A stretch of DNA of 64,000 bases from Octopus vulgaris (Eukaryota). The stretch is from the NCBI GenBank assembly GCA_951406725.2, contig OX597832.1, forward strand, positions 14,880,001 to 14,944,000, given 5' to 3'. Below the pieces are notes generated by a model. It did no database searches. It was not told the origin of the DNA and worked only from the letters and a program-made list of their open reading frames with translations. Positions 44,226 through 56,900 of this stretch are shown in pieces (the first letter of the stretch is position 1; every line of letters starts with the position of its first letter). Position numbers and translations under genes: made by a program.

Positions 44226-45506
44226 CACGAGATAAAGCCAAGATTAGCGGAAATGCACGCATGAGAACCGTGACTGAATTCGACGAAACTTGGAGTCACT
44301 GGCAGCAATATTCTCGGATAAGAATAATATATTTGTGCTCAAGAAATTGATTGAGTAAACAATGGGATTAATGTAGAAATTGTTTTATTACAATTGATCA
44401 TAATCACAAACACACACACACAGACATACACACGCAATATTGTATACACACACACATTTATATGGAAACTGCGCTTCGATTTTAAATTGTTTTAACTCGT
44501 ATTGCCGTATAATCGGCCCAACTATGTAACAGGGTGTACTAATTCATTTGACGTTTTTCCATAGGAAGAATCCACACTGTGAACATACACATTTCGCAAC
44601 CAGGACGTCAATGGTTTGATTACACCGCCTTCCACCTAAGATGTATATCTTGTAACGCCTTGTTCTCTATATATTTTGTGGATGATAATATTTAGGTAGG
44701 GACATGTTTATAGCATGTAGAATTGCTATTTTTTAACCGATATATGTAAGGTTTAGCAAAGGAAAACACTGTGGAATGCTGGCTGAGTGCCCCCGAGTCT
44801 TCTGCTTTTAGCAAATATTTTGTATAAACCTCAGGCATTTACATGTTATTCGAGAAGCAGTTTTGTTGTTATTTAAACTGAATGCACAACGACATACTTG
44901 AGAAATGCAAACACTTCCCTTCTTACTCTCACCGCTTTATCTCTCTTCATTTTTCTCTCACATACACACCGTACGCACGCATGAGTTTATGCCTTGGTAG
45001 AACGAAATAGAGCTTGGTATATGTATGTTCAGATTACGTACTTGTCTCAGTTTCTCTGTGTGTATGTATGCCTATGTGTATACGTGCGTTCTTGTACGCT
45101 GGTATGTGTAAAGGTGTGTATGTATACCGCTTTTGAAACTGTGTCTGAATTTGTGAGTGAATGTGTGTAATTGTTCACCTACAAAAAAAAACAGAATATA
45201 TAATATATATTAAGTAGAAAATTGTCTGTCCATATATTTACAAAACACTCGTCAATTCCTCTCCAGAAATTTATTGTTACATAAAACAGACACATCTATG
45301 TTTTGATAGATAAAATTGTTGCAAAAATTCTGTCTTGTTTATCGTAGTAATTCCTTTAGTAGTTGTATTACATTCGTTATATTTTATTATTCAATTTTCT
45401 CTAAAATTTTAAATATTAAAGGAGAAAAAACCAGCAAGATTTATTCCATTATATAATCATCTGAAAATATATAGCTATATTTAAATGTTTATTTTATAAT
45501 GATACA

Positions 45507-45515
45507 TTATTATTA

Positions 45516-45590
<75 letters not shown>
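45507..45590. repeat. (ATT)n microsatellite
   Basis: Directly visible. Confidence 0.97.
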
Positions 45591-45844
45591 GTGTTGTAGC
45601 TGCTGCTGTTGTTGTTCCTGTTGTAGTTGACCGTATTGTTGACATTGCTGGTGGTGGTGGTCATGGTGGTACTGCTGCTGTTGTTTCGTCGTTTCCTTTC
45701 TGATTTATTTCCCTACAAATATATAATATAAATGTATATGCATATATGTGTGTAGGTGTGTGTGTCTGTCTGTCTGTCTGTCTGTGTTTGTACATTAAAG
45801 TAGTTTTCATATATATTAAGAATTATACTGCGCATATATAGGTG

Positions 45845-46225
45845 CATTTGTGGCCTTATTGTAAGAGACTTATTTTCCGACCCTTTTGGTTCCGGGTTCT
45901 GTCCCGCAGAGAAATACATTTGGTGTCTTCTGCTGTTCCTTTGAGCAGAAGAAACGTTTTCAAATGGATTTTTTTAGACAACAATTGAAAGACGACCATC
46001 TTGAGTGTGTGCGTGTGCGTCAGTGTGTATGAGCACGCGAGTTTATGCACGTTTGAATTATTATTTGGTTGGTGTCTTCGCGTAGCTTAAAATTTCGTCA
46101 AAAGACACCGCTAGAATCAGTACCTGGCTAAACATTTAAGTATTGGGGTCATTTCTTAAGACTAAGATACATGAATGCGGTGCTACAGGATGACCGCACT
46201 CTCATGATTTAAATAAGCAAACATA
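45845..46225 (+). mobile_element. SINE family C (head, TG-rich spacer, tail), highly diverged
   Basis: ggttccgggttctgtcccgc...gtgtcttctgct..., then caaaagacaccgctagaatcagtacctggct...ggggtc...gcggtgctacaggatgaccgca. Confidence 0.55.
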
Positions 46226-46517
46226 CGTGTGAAAGAGAGATAGAGAGAAATTTTGAGATGAATCGTCTTCCTTTAAGAAGCCGTAAGTTACTCGATGAGC
46301 CTCAAGAGAAGGAGTACACATATTGGCCGAATATTTTGTTTTATATTTATATTTGTAAAATCTAATTAATATGTGAATTTAAGAATCTATAGCTTTGTTA
46401 GGAATGCATAAAAACATCTATTTGGTCGCTGTATTTTCGTTATTTTGTTGCGTTTGTCTGAATTTCTTTTTAAAACATCTATAATTAAATGAAGAGCATA
46501 TAAGAATTTTACTATCA

Positions 46518-46750
46518 TAAGGCGGCGAGCTGGCAGAAACCTTAGCGCGCCGGGTGAAATGCGTAGTCGTATTTCGTCTGCCGTTACGTTCTGAGTTCAA
46601 ATTCCGCCGAGGTCGACTTCGCCTTTCATCCTTTCCAGGTCGATAAATTTAGTACCAGTTACGCACTGGCGTCGATATAATCGACTTAATCCGTTTGTCT
46701 GTCCTTCCTTGTCCTCTCTGTGTTTAGCCCCTTGTGGGTAGTAAAGAAAT
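46518..46750 (+). mobile_element. SINE family B, full-length, with exact 20-bp TSD
   Basis: atataagaattttactatca at 46498-46517 and 46751-46770. Has A-box-like tggcagaaaccttag and B-box gagttcaaattcc. Confidence 0.96.
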
Positions 46751-47481
46751 ATATAAGAATTTTACTATCAGGTCTGGTAATTGGTAATGATGACACTGAC
46801 ATTGTTGGCACTTAGCGAAAGAGAAAACTAATTTCTACATGTGTTATCTAACAGAAACATGTCTTTGTTTCGTATACGCCAAAGTATTCCACAGTCCTTT
46901 ACAATGTAACTACGAATTAGATCTCTCTGGACAGAGCTATTTGGATACAAACGCGAAACCTTACTTTCATTCGTACGTATATGAAATACGTGCATGTAAA
47001 ATATATACATACCTGCATATATATGCTTTATGATTACACAAATAAGTGTGTGTATACGTGTGTATAGAGAGATGTATGTGTGTGTGTGTGCATGCATGCG
47101 ACTCATGTGTGTCTCTTTTCATAAAATATTCCTCCATTTCTAATCCCGTATTTCTTCTCATTGATATCATCCTAATGAGACTAAGAAATATACTTAAGCG
47201 AGAAAATATCTAATCATTCGGGGACCTGCTAGAATCAGTAACTCTGGATAATTCATAAGACTTGGGAGGTAAGTATATTGATAATTATCCTCCAAATGAT
47301 TTGGAATTTCTTCTGCATGTTATATAAGTATTAACTGTAACATTCAGTGCCAGTATATGTAAGTCTCAGTGGTGATCTTATGCGGATTCCCAAAGCATTG
47401 TTTTGTCTCTGTTCTGATATTTCATTCTCTTTGAGATAAAGAAAAAAAAATATTACTTGTATTCACATACAAACACAAAAC

Positions 47482-47603
<122 letters not shown>

Positions 47604-50246
47604 TATGGAGACTGGTACATTCTGAATATTTATACTACATTTTACAAATCATACAGCATATGTTTATGGTTACGACGACCTCCTACACGTGTTTCCACCA
47701 CACAGAGTATGCGTAGATGCATATGCCACCTGACTTAATTTTCTGTACAGCTTCGTTTATGATCTTTCAGCATTTTTTTTTCACCAATCTGAATATCATC
47801 GATACGAACGTATCGATAATATTCAGTTAGATGAAACTATTTCATTTATTAGATGTTATCAAAAAATGGATGTTCAGACAGAAAACGAGGTTTAGTGTAT
47901 TTCGGCAGAAGATGCGAGACAACCCTAATATCTAATTCCACATAATTCAAATGCAACCACGTGACACAAATCTTGCAAACAATATCCCATCAGCTTCTTA
48001 CCTTGGATCATGAGAAATAGTTCATGTGTATACGATGTTCCCGAATCTTCCAAATATATTTTAAGATTAAAAAGTTTAATCAAGTTATGTGGGAAAATTA
48101 CGGAAGTCTCTGTGAATTCATGTCATTACATATGATGCTTTATATCTCATTACCAACTCATCCGCTTTTGATTAATTATTGCGACATTAGTGAGCAAGAT
48201 ACATAGTGTAAACATCATAAGTTTTGAGAGGGGCCTGGTTTTTGTTGTTCATCCCTCAATTTTCTTCCACATTACTTTGAATATTGCTAAGGCTTGCGTT
48301 AATTTTCTTTTCTCTGATATTTCGCTGAACTGAAGTACACTGCCTACATTATCATGCTAATGGGATTTTGTGACATTAAGTTTTGTTAAAGGGAAAATAT
48401 TCAAAAGAACAAACTCCGTTTCGTTTATGTATAGATGTGTTGACGAATTTACGCATGCTATGCAAAGTGAAAGATAAACCGGCCTTAGAGTTTCAACTCT
48501 CGGTTCTTCCATTAATACAGAAGTAAATGCTATTGTTAATGTCTACTATTTCAGTTCATACAGAATGTCTAATGAGTGGATGATGAGGGTTGTAGAAGGA
48601 TGAAATCAGTCATTGAATATATCATGTCTCGATTTGCCAGTACAAACACCTTCTTCTCCTTTCGAAAATGAACTTATGTATGTGATTCAGCGTATGCCAA
48701 ATCATATTCTTATGGCATTCTGCTATGCCTTATACACCTCTCATGTTTTCCACATTACCTGATATTTATGCGCCTCTCTGATTCAGAGTCGATTTTATTT
48801 CATTTGTTTGCTGGGCATCGCCATATTTTTGAGATATAGCACCTACACTTATTGCAGTTATTTTTCTCTTTACTCTAAATGTATTGGATTTCCTTTCAGT
48901 TAGATCTTTTTCCGTTTGTAATCTTGTAACGGCTCTTTGCATTCTTAGCTTTTGTTGCTCTTAATGCGATAATTTTTTCTCATTTTCTCTACTTATTTTC
49001 TCTGAAATTCTACGTTTATTCTCTGAGATTAATTGGGCTCTGATTCCCTATTTCCACTCTCTATCTGTTGCAGCATGCTATCACTCTATATCTCTGACCC
49101 TTTCTATAATGTTTTCTCAGCAGAGATACATCAAATGTCTTTTGAGATCAACTTAATGAATTACTTCCTAATTTTGCAGCGTGTTTTGCTGCCGTAGTGT
49201 CTATAATCAGATTTATGATCTAAAATCTCATATATATTACACTGGCTTTCAATTGTTTGTCTGTTTTCCAGGCTTTCAGCTTTGTGTATATTATATTGCT
49301 AAAAATGTTTATATCTTTCATTCATATTTTAGTCTTGATTTTATGTATTAAATATACTTTCTTTCATTTTACTATGCAATTCTTTTCTCCATATTATTCG
49401 CTCTTTGAACATTGCAAGTTAAATATAGAAAATACACGTGCTGCATTAATATTTTAATTTTTGCATCGCCTTAAAATTTCCTATCTCAAAACTCTTTATT
49501 TCAGTATTTAATTTTGAATTTCCGTGAATTCTGGACCAAAAGGCGCTTTTCAGATTGCAAATTATATTTGTATATTATTATTTCAATAATTTGTGAAATG
49601 CACCAAAATAGTAGCATATATCTTATTGAGCTAAATTACAATACTTCGGAGACGCTGCTTCTATATTTAAGTTATGAGTACGAATCTGCTATTGCCTACT
49701 AGTATTGCAGATGTACCAACATAAATATATATGAAAATTTACACACATAAATATATACAAACATTCAAGTTACAGACACATGAGACGCTATTTGTTTGGC
49801 ACAAATAATTTAATAGAATAAAATTGATGTTCATGTAGCGAATTTCGTTTTGTATATTGCAAGAACAATTTTTCACGTTTTCATGCCATGGGTTATTTAA
49901 TCAAATATATATTTTTTTTAATATTTCAAGGGATATTTAGAGACAATGAGAGGCAGTGTTGACCAAAGTGGTAGTGTTGCAAAAATCTGCCCAACCCATT
50001 TCTGTGTTTCGTTTCATTATTAATCTATCTACTCGATATTACTGCTGAATTTCATGTTTCAAATTTCCTTTCAGGCACAAAAACATTAAAAAATATACGC
50101 CCATACGCCTTCTTTCTCCCTCTCTCTTTGTTGTCCCTCATTTTTGACTTCATTTTCAAAATTTTGTGCCTCTTATGTTTTCATGTTCCCCTCTTTCTCC
50201 TCTTCCTAACTTTTTCTGTACCCGCACCTTTTCGTCTTCAATTTCA

Positions 50247-50465
50247 GCAGAAACGTTAGCACGCCGGGCGAACTGCGTAACCGTATTTCGTCTGCCGTTA
50301 CGTTCTGAGTTCCAATTCCGCCGAGGTCAACTTTGCCTTTCATCTTTTCGGGGTCGATTAACTAAGTACTAATTACGCACTGGAGTCGATATAATCGACT
50401 CAATCCCTTTGTCTGCCCTTGTTTGTCCCCTCTATGTTTAGCCCCCTGTGGGCAATAAAGAAATA
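50247..50465 (+). mobile_element. SINE family B copy
   Basis: High similarity to 46531-46750. Confidence 0.92.
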
Positions 50466-51284
50466 AAATTTCTAAATGAGATTGATTTTCTACTACTTTA
50501 CACACAATAGCATTTTATGATATTCGAAATTTACTGACAAAATAAATATTATATAGAGGCAACCGACGATATTAAATTATTCGATTAATACATGATAGAA
50601 ATAATTATATGTAAATGACCTGAAACACACCTAAATACGAGATCACATATGTTGTTATGAATTGAAACGGCGAATAATTTCTGAAAGAAGAACAACAATT
50701 CAAATTTGTTGTATTTACAAGTGTACACGATTAAAGAATATCGTGGGTGTAGAAATCATCTGAAATATCACTAATGAGCAATAAATTGCAAACCAACAGT
50801 GTGTACGCTCAAAAGAAGGTGAGATAAGTCACTTTGATGTATTCATATATTTAAGGCCAAGTAATGAAAAAAATCTATAAAAGCGCCATTGAGATAAACG
50901 TATGAATAAATGAATTGACATACGTATCGTGGGTGTGGAAATGATAACACTCAGAAGATGTAAAGTGTACAAAGGTTTCATCAATAATTCTATGGACATA
51001 TAAGATCTATGACAGAAATAGAATGCGTGTGAGAAATAAATAAAGTAGAATAAATCAATTTCCGGAATTTTTGGGTTCCTGAAATATATTATCGCAGGAA
51101 GGCAAATCTCCGCAAGGCGAGACAAGTTTTTCTATAGTAACCCTATTTGTAATGTATCCAGTTGAAATTCTACAAAATAACAAAATATATCTAAACAGTT
51201 CATAAATATATACATAAATATATAAATATCGAATTTGGTCATTTGTTCAAAAGAAAAAAGTAGTGGGTAGCAATTTTCTTCACT

Positions 51285-51683
51285 ACTTCAGAGAGTGACG
51301 ACACCGCCTGACACGAGACCCGGGCTCAGGTGACTCCGGCTAACAGCACGCGGTATGGTCCCTTATCCAGGGTTAAGGAAAAGAGACTACCTTCAAAGAT
51401 TACCGGAGTGGAGCCTCATAGGCGGTTTAGTGTTCGACACGACACTCTTCCGGCAGCTCCTTCAACCAAGCTGGTGCCAAACGTAATGCTCCGCACTCCT
51501 TTGGCCTACATCTGCAAGTTCGAGAGAGGAATCCTAATGATTGGGCTACCCAAGATATTCTTACATCTAGCCTAGGCCTGCGCAAAATTGGAAAGGAAAT
51601 TGGAGAGGAGATGAAATGTAAAAACAAGACTGGATTAGTTCATGCGCAACTCCATTGTCACCCGAGACAAAAGGATGCCAACA

Positions 51684-51685
<2 letters not shown>
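51285..51685 (+). mobile_element. Non-autonomous RTE/BovB-related element (5'UTR-like part joined to RTE 3' tail)
   Basis: GC-rich island with ccaagctggtgccaaacg...gcactcctttgg...gagagaggaatcct, ending ccattgtcacccgagacaaaaggatgccaacaa and then (TA)n. Both parts resemble BovB-type termini from recall. Confidence 0.5.
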
Positions 51686-51759
<74 letters not shown>

Positions 51760-51950
51760 GGGCTACGAGCTGGCAGAATCGTTAGTATGTCGGTCGAATT
51801 CCTTAGCGTCATTTCGTCTGCCGATAAATTCAGACGTCAAATTCCGCCGAGGTCGACTATGCCTTTGATCCTTTTGGTATCGAATGAATAAGTACCAGTC
51901 ACTCACTGGGGTTGATGTAATCGATATAATCCATTTGCCTGTCATTGTTT
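51760..51950 (+). mobile_element. SINE family B copy
   Basis: cgagctggcagaatcgttag...caaattccgccgaggtcgactatgcctttgatcc...aagtaccagt. Confidence 0.85.
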
Positions 51951-52177
51951 AATCATCCTGAAATGTTTCTAGCCATGAGTACGTTGACGTTCCCAAAATG
52001 TCTACAGTCTTACTTATAGAAAGAGCAAACAAGAACAATAAGTAATGATCCTACCCAGGTTTCTATCGGATATATGTTTGTTGATAATGCTTATAGAAAC
52101 CTGGTTTTTGGAGACAACGTAGCAGCAGGAGGCGCAAATGCTGCATCTGAGAAACCTGGTCGTATATATTTGAATGT

Positions 52178-52679
52178 GGCATAGTTTCGGTTGTAGTAGC
52201 ACAGATTTCCGTCGATTTCCGTAAAAAACTTTTATTTTTTTACATAAGTAATGAGAGCGAAAGAGACTAAGAGGAAGCGATTTTACGACGAGAAGGTTTC
52301 TCTTTGAAGTCGGCCTGTGTGTGTTTGATGGGGTGTGGGGTGTGGGAGACAGACAGTATGTTGTGTAAGCTTCTGTTAGTGTGTGCGAAGAGACAGACAT
52401 ACATATACACATACACCGAGTAAAAAATCAGTTATCTCTCTCTTTCACACATTACTCTCTCTGTCTCTTCGCACACACTAACAGAAGCACTTCACTTACA
52501 CAACATACTGTCTGTCTCCCACACCCCATCAAACGCACACAGGCCGACTTCAAAGAGAAACCTTCTTGTCATAAAATCGCTTCCTCTTAGTCTCTTTCGC
52601 TCTCATTACTTATGTAAAAAAATAAAAGTTTTTTACGGAAATCGACGGAAATCTGAGCTACGACATGCGAAACTTCGCC
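52178..52679. mobile_element. Foldback MITE with ~220-bp TIRs, GG termini and 8-bp TSD (Merlin-like)
   Basis: Arms 52178-52397 and 52460-52679 are near-perfect reverse complements. ttgaatgt flanks both ends (52170-52177 and 52680-52687). Confidence 0.9.
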
Positions 52680-52726
52680 TTGAATGTATATCGGCCTCCA
52701 AAAGATTAAACACAAAATCCATTTTG

Positions 52727-52815
52727 GAAGAATTTAGACGCAGAATATAATGACGACCAAAATGCCGCTATGTATTTCGCCTGGATTTCTATCTGTCTTC
52801 CCAGCCCGCCACCTT
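52727..52815 (-). mobile_element. Degraded SINE family B head
   Basis: gaatttagacgcagaatataa...aaatgccgctatgtatttcgcctgg...cccagcccgccacct resembles the reverse complement of 46518-46605. Confidence 0.5.
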
Positions 52816-52975
52816 AGTAGATGAGGAAATTATTAAGAAATGCATTATGATCGAATGACGGAAGACGACGGTAAATATAGATTTACATATACAGTCATAT
52901 ACGTTAAATTATGGGATATAACTTCTATCTATATATCTATCTATCTTCCTATACACACACGCACACACACACACA

Positions 52976-53034
<59 letters not shown>

Positions 53035-53037
<3 letters not shown>

Positions 53038-53316
53038 ACGGAGATGCACTTGCATAACAAGTGATTTGATCTGAGATCGTGTGCTGAAACGAAAATAATT
53101 GCAGCGTGGAAGGTCTTTGTAAGCCATTTAAGAAACACACAAAAACCGCTCGATTCACTTAAACATTTAAGTTTAATTTGTCAAAATATTTTCGTCGCTT
53201 TAAGACCGCGACCTGTTCACTGACAAGAATCCGTGCTGCATCCGTAATGCAGCACAGATTTTTTGTCAGTGAACTTAAATGTTGTGTTTCTTAAATGGCT
53301 TACACGCTGCAATTGT

Positions 53317-53320
<4 letters not shown>
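53035..53320. repeat. Inverted-duplication (hairpin) element between microsatellites
   Basis: 27/28-bp stem (53215-53241 with 53247-53274) and 5-nt loop; 53273-53320 is a patchwork reverse complement of 53091-53172. Confidence 0.85.
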
Positions 53321-53352
<32 letters not shown>

Positions 53353-53357
53353 GCACT

Positions 53358-53457
<100 letters not shown>

Positions 53458-54075
53458 TAATACACGCTGTTTGAATAAGCATATCTTAGAGAAAATAAAC
53501 TTTGAAAATTAATTACTCCCTATTTCTAGATATATTTTTGTAGTATTTGAAATATCAGCAATCAATATCACAATCTTGTTTTTATATCATTTTGCAGAAT
53601 CGTTTCTACGCAGTATCTTATAATATATTTGTAGGAATCTTTTTTCTTTTTGCCAGGCATATACGTCACTGGCATTGTAGAAAAGTTATTCTTAAACAAC
53701 ACTTATTGTAGCTTATTTCCTGTTTCCATTATTTTATTTGTTTTTAGTTTCCATAAATTAATATATCCAATATCCTTGTGACATCGATTCATATTACCAA
53801 TAATCATTGTACTAGTTATGGAATCTAGTCATTGAGGAACTTTACAGAGTAGGTCAACCTTTTTCAATAACTGTGGAATTATTGTAAATCGGCTTGAAAT
53901 CTTTAAAATGGAGATACAAATATGACTGCATTGCTTCACAAACAATTACAGCTGTGATCTCTCAGTTTTGAGTTAGCACTGAACAGCCCCACTATCGGTT
54001 GATATCTTCATGTCATTTATTTACTTTTACAAACGTATGGATTAAAAGCGAATGCATTATTGTGATAATAGGAAG

Positions 54076-54265
54076 GCACGCTGGACGAAATGCTTAGCTG
54101 TATTTCACCCGTCGTACTTTCTTCGCTCAAATGCCGCTGGGATCGACATTACCTTTCATACTTTCGGGGTCGATAAATTAAGCACTGGTTACGTATGTGG
54201 GTCGATCTAATCGACAAGACCCTTCCCCCAAAATTTCAGGTCTCGTGCCTTTAGTAGAAATGATT
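54076..54265 (+). mobile_element. SINE family B variant (different 3' tail)
   Basis: gcacgctggacgaaatgcttag...cctttcatactttcggggtcgataaattaag...ggtcgatctaatcgac...ccccaaaatttcagg. Possible TSD ttattgtgataat / ttattgagataat. Confidence 0.8.
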
Positions 54266-55382
54266 ATTGAGATAATGGAGCGTTATGCATAATTTTCAAA
54301 TTGGCTTTTCTTACTGTTTCAAAATAATCCACATTGATCTTTCACATAAAGTATTGAGATATATATGAGGCGTCAGGGTGTCTGAATAGGTTTCTGTATA
54401 ACAGCCGGTTAATTGATAACTTCATTTAGCTCTACATGTAAACACGTTTATAACAAAATGTTCTATTCTTTGCACTAAGTCCATAAGCTATTGTAGTTTA
54501 GTAGGTTAAATAGTTGAAAACCAATTTACTTTCAGTAGTAGAAGAAAGCTAACAGAATATTCCTGTCATTCCAGTCTCACATTAAATTTCAGAAAAATGA
54601 TAATTCTGAGTTTTCTCACTGATTAGAAGTTTCCGACTGAAATCGATTAACCTGTGGGAAGAAATAATCTGTGTCATGTTTCAAAAAGACATTGCTATGA
54701 AATTTGAAATAAAATGTGTTGCATTTGTAACACTTGTTGAAAAGCAACAAAGTCTAGTGCTTCTATTGCACTGTGTTTAATGTAACATATATTATTTAAA
54801 AATGTATTATTATATGGTGAAATGATATTCCAACTACAATACATGTGTATATTCGATGCAGAATATGCTGCTATGTCAAGTTGGTAATATTTAAATCTAC
54901 AAACGAGCAGATTAATCTTAGTAAAAAATGTATACAACTGCTACATCAAAACATCAATTTCGAAATATTTTCTGCTAAATTATTTTGTTATATCGGTAAA
55001 TTAAACTGTAAATGTTATAACTGCACGTGCAACTAACTGCAAGAAACAGAATCTTTAAGAACAAATTGAAAATTACTCAAATGATTTTTATACCAGTCAT
55101 TTCAGTGAGTTGTATATGTTGCCGGAGTGCTAACTGCATGATAGATCATATAACACGGTTTGTCTTCAAGCATATTTCGACATCAATAGCGTTAATAGTT
55201 CACTGTCACAAAGCTTCTGAAACAAAGGCCCTCAAAAGTATTCATAACAGGAAATATATCTCCTTGGGACGGTTCAGACTAAAAGAACGGAAATATTTTT
55301 TTTTCTAAAAAATGTTGTCTATCAGGTTTATATATTCGTTTTGTAAGATTCTTGATGTGAATTCATGTGTTGAAAGATATTT

Positions 55383-55643
55383 TTGTATTTGGAGATGGCC
55401 ATGTTGCCGGTTTAGCCACTAAAACCACAGGCACTAGATTTGAACAAAAGATCATTAGTAAGGAAAGACACACAAAAACAGAAAGAAGAAAACAAAGGAC
55501 CACTGGTGAAGTTACAGAAGTGTGACGAAAGACTCTAGCCGAAATGCATTTAATATAAAATAAAGTTGAAGCCAGTGAGCACCAAATATGTATTGCATGT
55601 ATTTTATTGTCTAAACTGGCAACATGACCGTCCCAAAATACAA
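55383..55643. repeat. Inverted repeat, ~53-bp arms around ~155-bp spacer
   Basis: ttgtatttggagatggccatgttgccggtttagccactaaaa (55383-) vs the reverse complement of 55591-55643, ttgtattttgggacggtcatgttgccagtttagacaataaaa. Confidence 0.85.
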
Positions 55644-56080
55644 CAGCGTTTACTATTAGGTTTTCTAAGAATATCTATGTTGGAAAATATACTCTGGTTA
55701 ACGATAATACAATTCTAAATCTGTTGAAGAATGAATTTCAATAATAACACAGCAGAAACGTCACTGCCCAATTAGAAGAACGTCAGATTCTAATTCGAGC
55801 TCTATGGAGAGATAATTTGAATGATTGTTCGCGAAACTTCGAAGACAGCAATCCATTCAACGTGTGAATGATATTAATCTAGAAATTACACAATCCTTAC
55901 AAATATCACTGAATATTGTGCTTCAGTGTCATTGGCAAAACAATATACCTCTATATGCAGTTACATATGTGTGTGTTTGTCTGTATGTCTGTATATGTAT
56001 GCATGTGATATTGTATATGCCATTATATAAGTACAGGAGACAGTTCTAAAGGCCGTGTAAGAGCGAACATGACGATTCCA

Positions 56081-56352
56081 TTCGAACGGACGTTGTTGCA
56101 ATTTCTTGTCACTAAAGAATGTTGGCAGGGTTTATGTGTGTATGTTTCAAACAGAAGCGAGCTACTGCGATCTCTAGCAGACGAAGTGTCCATTCTTGAG
56201 GAAGTGCAGATGTTTCCTAAAACCAGGCTGGTCTGCCGGTCATGCCACTCGAATATGGCAAGGGTTCGCTTCCTTTGTCGGATGTAGGTTCCATATTTGA
56301 CCAGCTAGAGGAAATCCTCTCCTGTTAAAAATTGCAGTAACGTCCGTTCGAA
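56081..56352. repeat. Inverted repeat, 24-bp arms around ~225-bp interior; possible MITE core
   Basis: ttcgaacggacgttgttgcaattt vs reverse-complemented ttcgaacggacgttactgcaattt (22/24). Confidence 0.75.
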
Positions 56353-56429
56353 CGCAATGGCCAAGATGAGTGCCGACATGTGCATTTCTGCGTCTCAGTT
56401 ATTAGATTGCATTCATGACCGTTCGTTAT

Positions 56430-56900
56430 ACGCTATTATTTTATTCATTGTTTCTTTTCAATTTATAAAATTTGAAGTAAAAATAACTGTTAGATGATTC
56501 TTTATGGAATTTTCTTCCTGGATGTATATTACAATGTGAATTGCTTTGGTATTCAGTATTTGAAATTAGTCAAAATGTTTCAAGCTGAGGAAATTCTCGC
56601 CTGTACATTTGATATATTCTAAAACAAAATACAAAAAAAAATTACCTTCTATCAGTGAGTTTCACTAAAGAAAGTTTTGTTATTACTGAAGTGGTAGATA
56701 AGTGATTAAGAAATGTTCCCCAAAAATATATTTACTTCTATCCATGTATTATCCAAGATAATATCTTGCCGAAACATTTTTCTACATTCGGATGTCGATA
56801 GATTTTAGATGAAAAAGTAAAGAGAATATATCATCAATGAAATGGCTTCCTCAATAAGAAATAGAAAAAATTAGAAAAGTTTAGAACTTCGTGGTACATT
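56430..56900 (-). mobile_element. Possible very degraded hAT (Charlie-like) transposase fragment
   Basis: Minus strand shows SIDI...ARY and later HCNIH, in the order expected for DESTD...FVRY...HCIIH; many indels. Confidence 0.3.

Noticed and set aside
48600-49200. Pyrimidine-rich stretch, possibly an antisense LINE linker
   Set aside because: No diagnostic motif was recoverable by eye.
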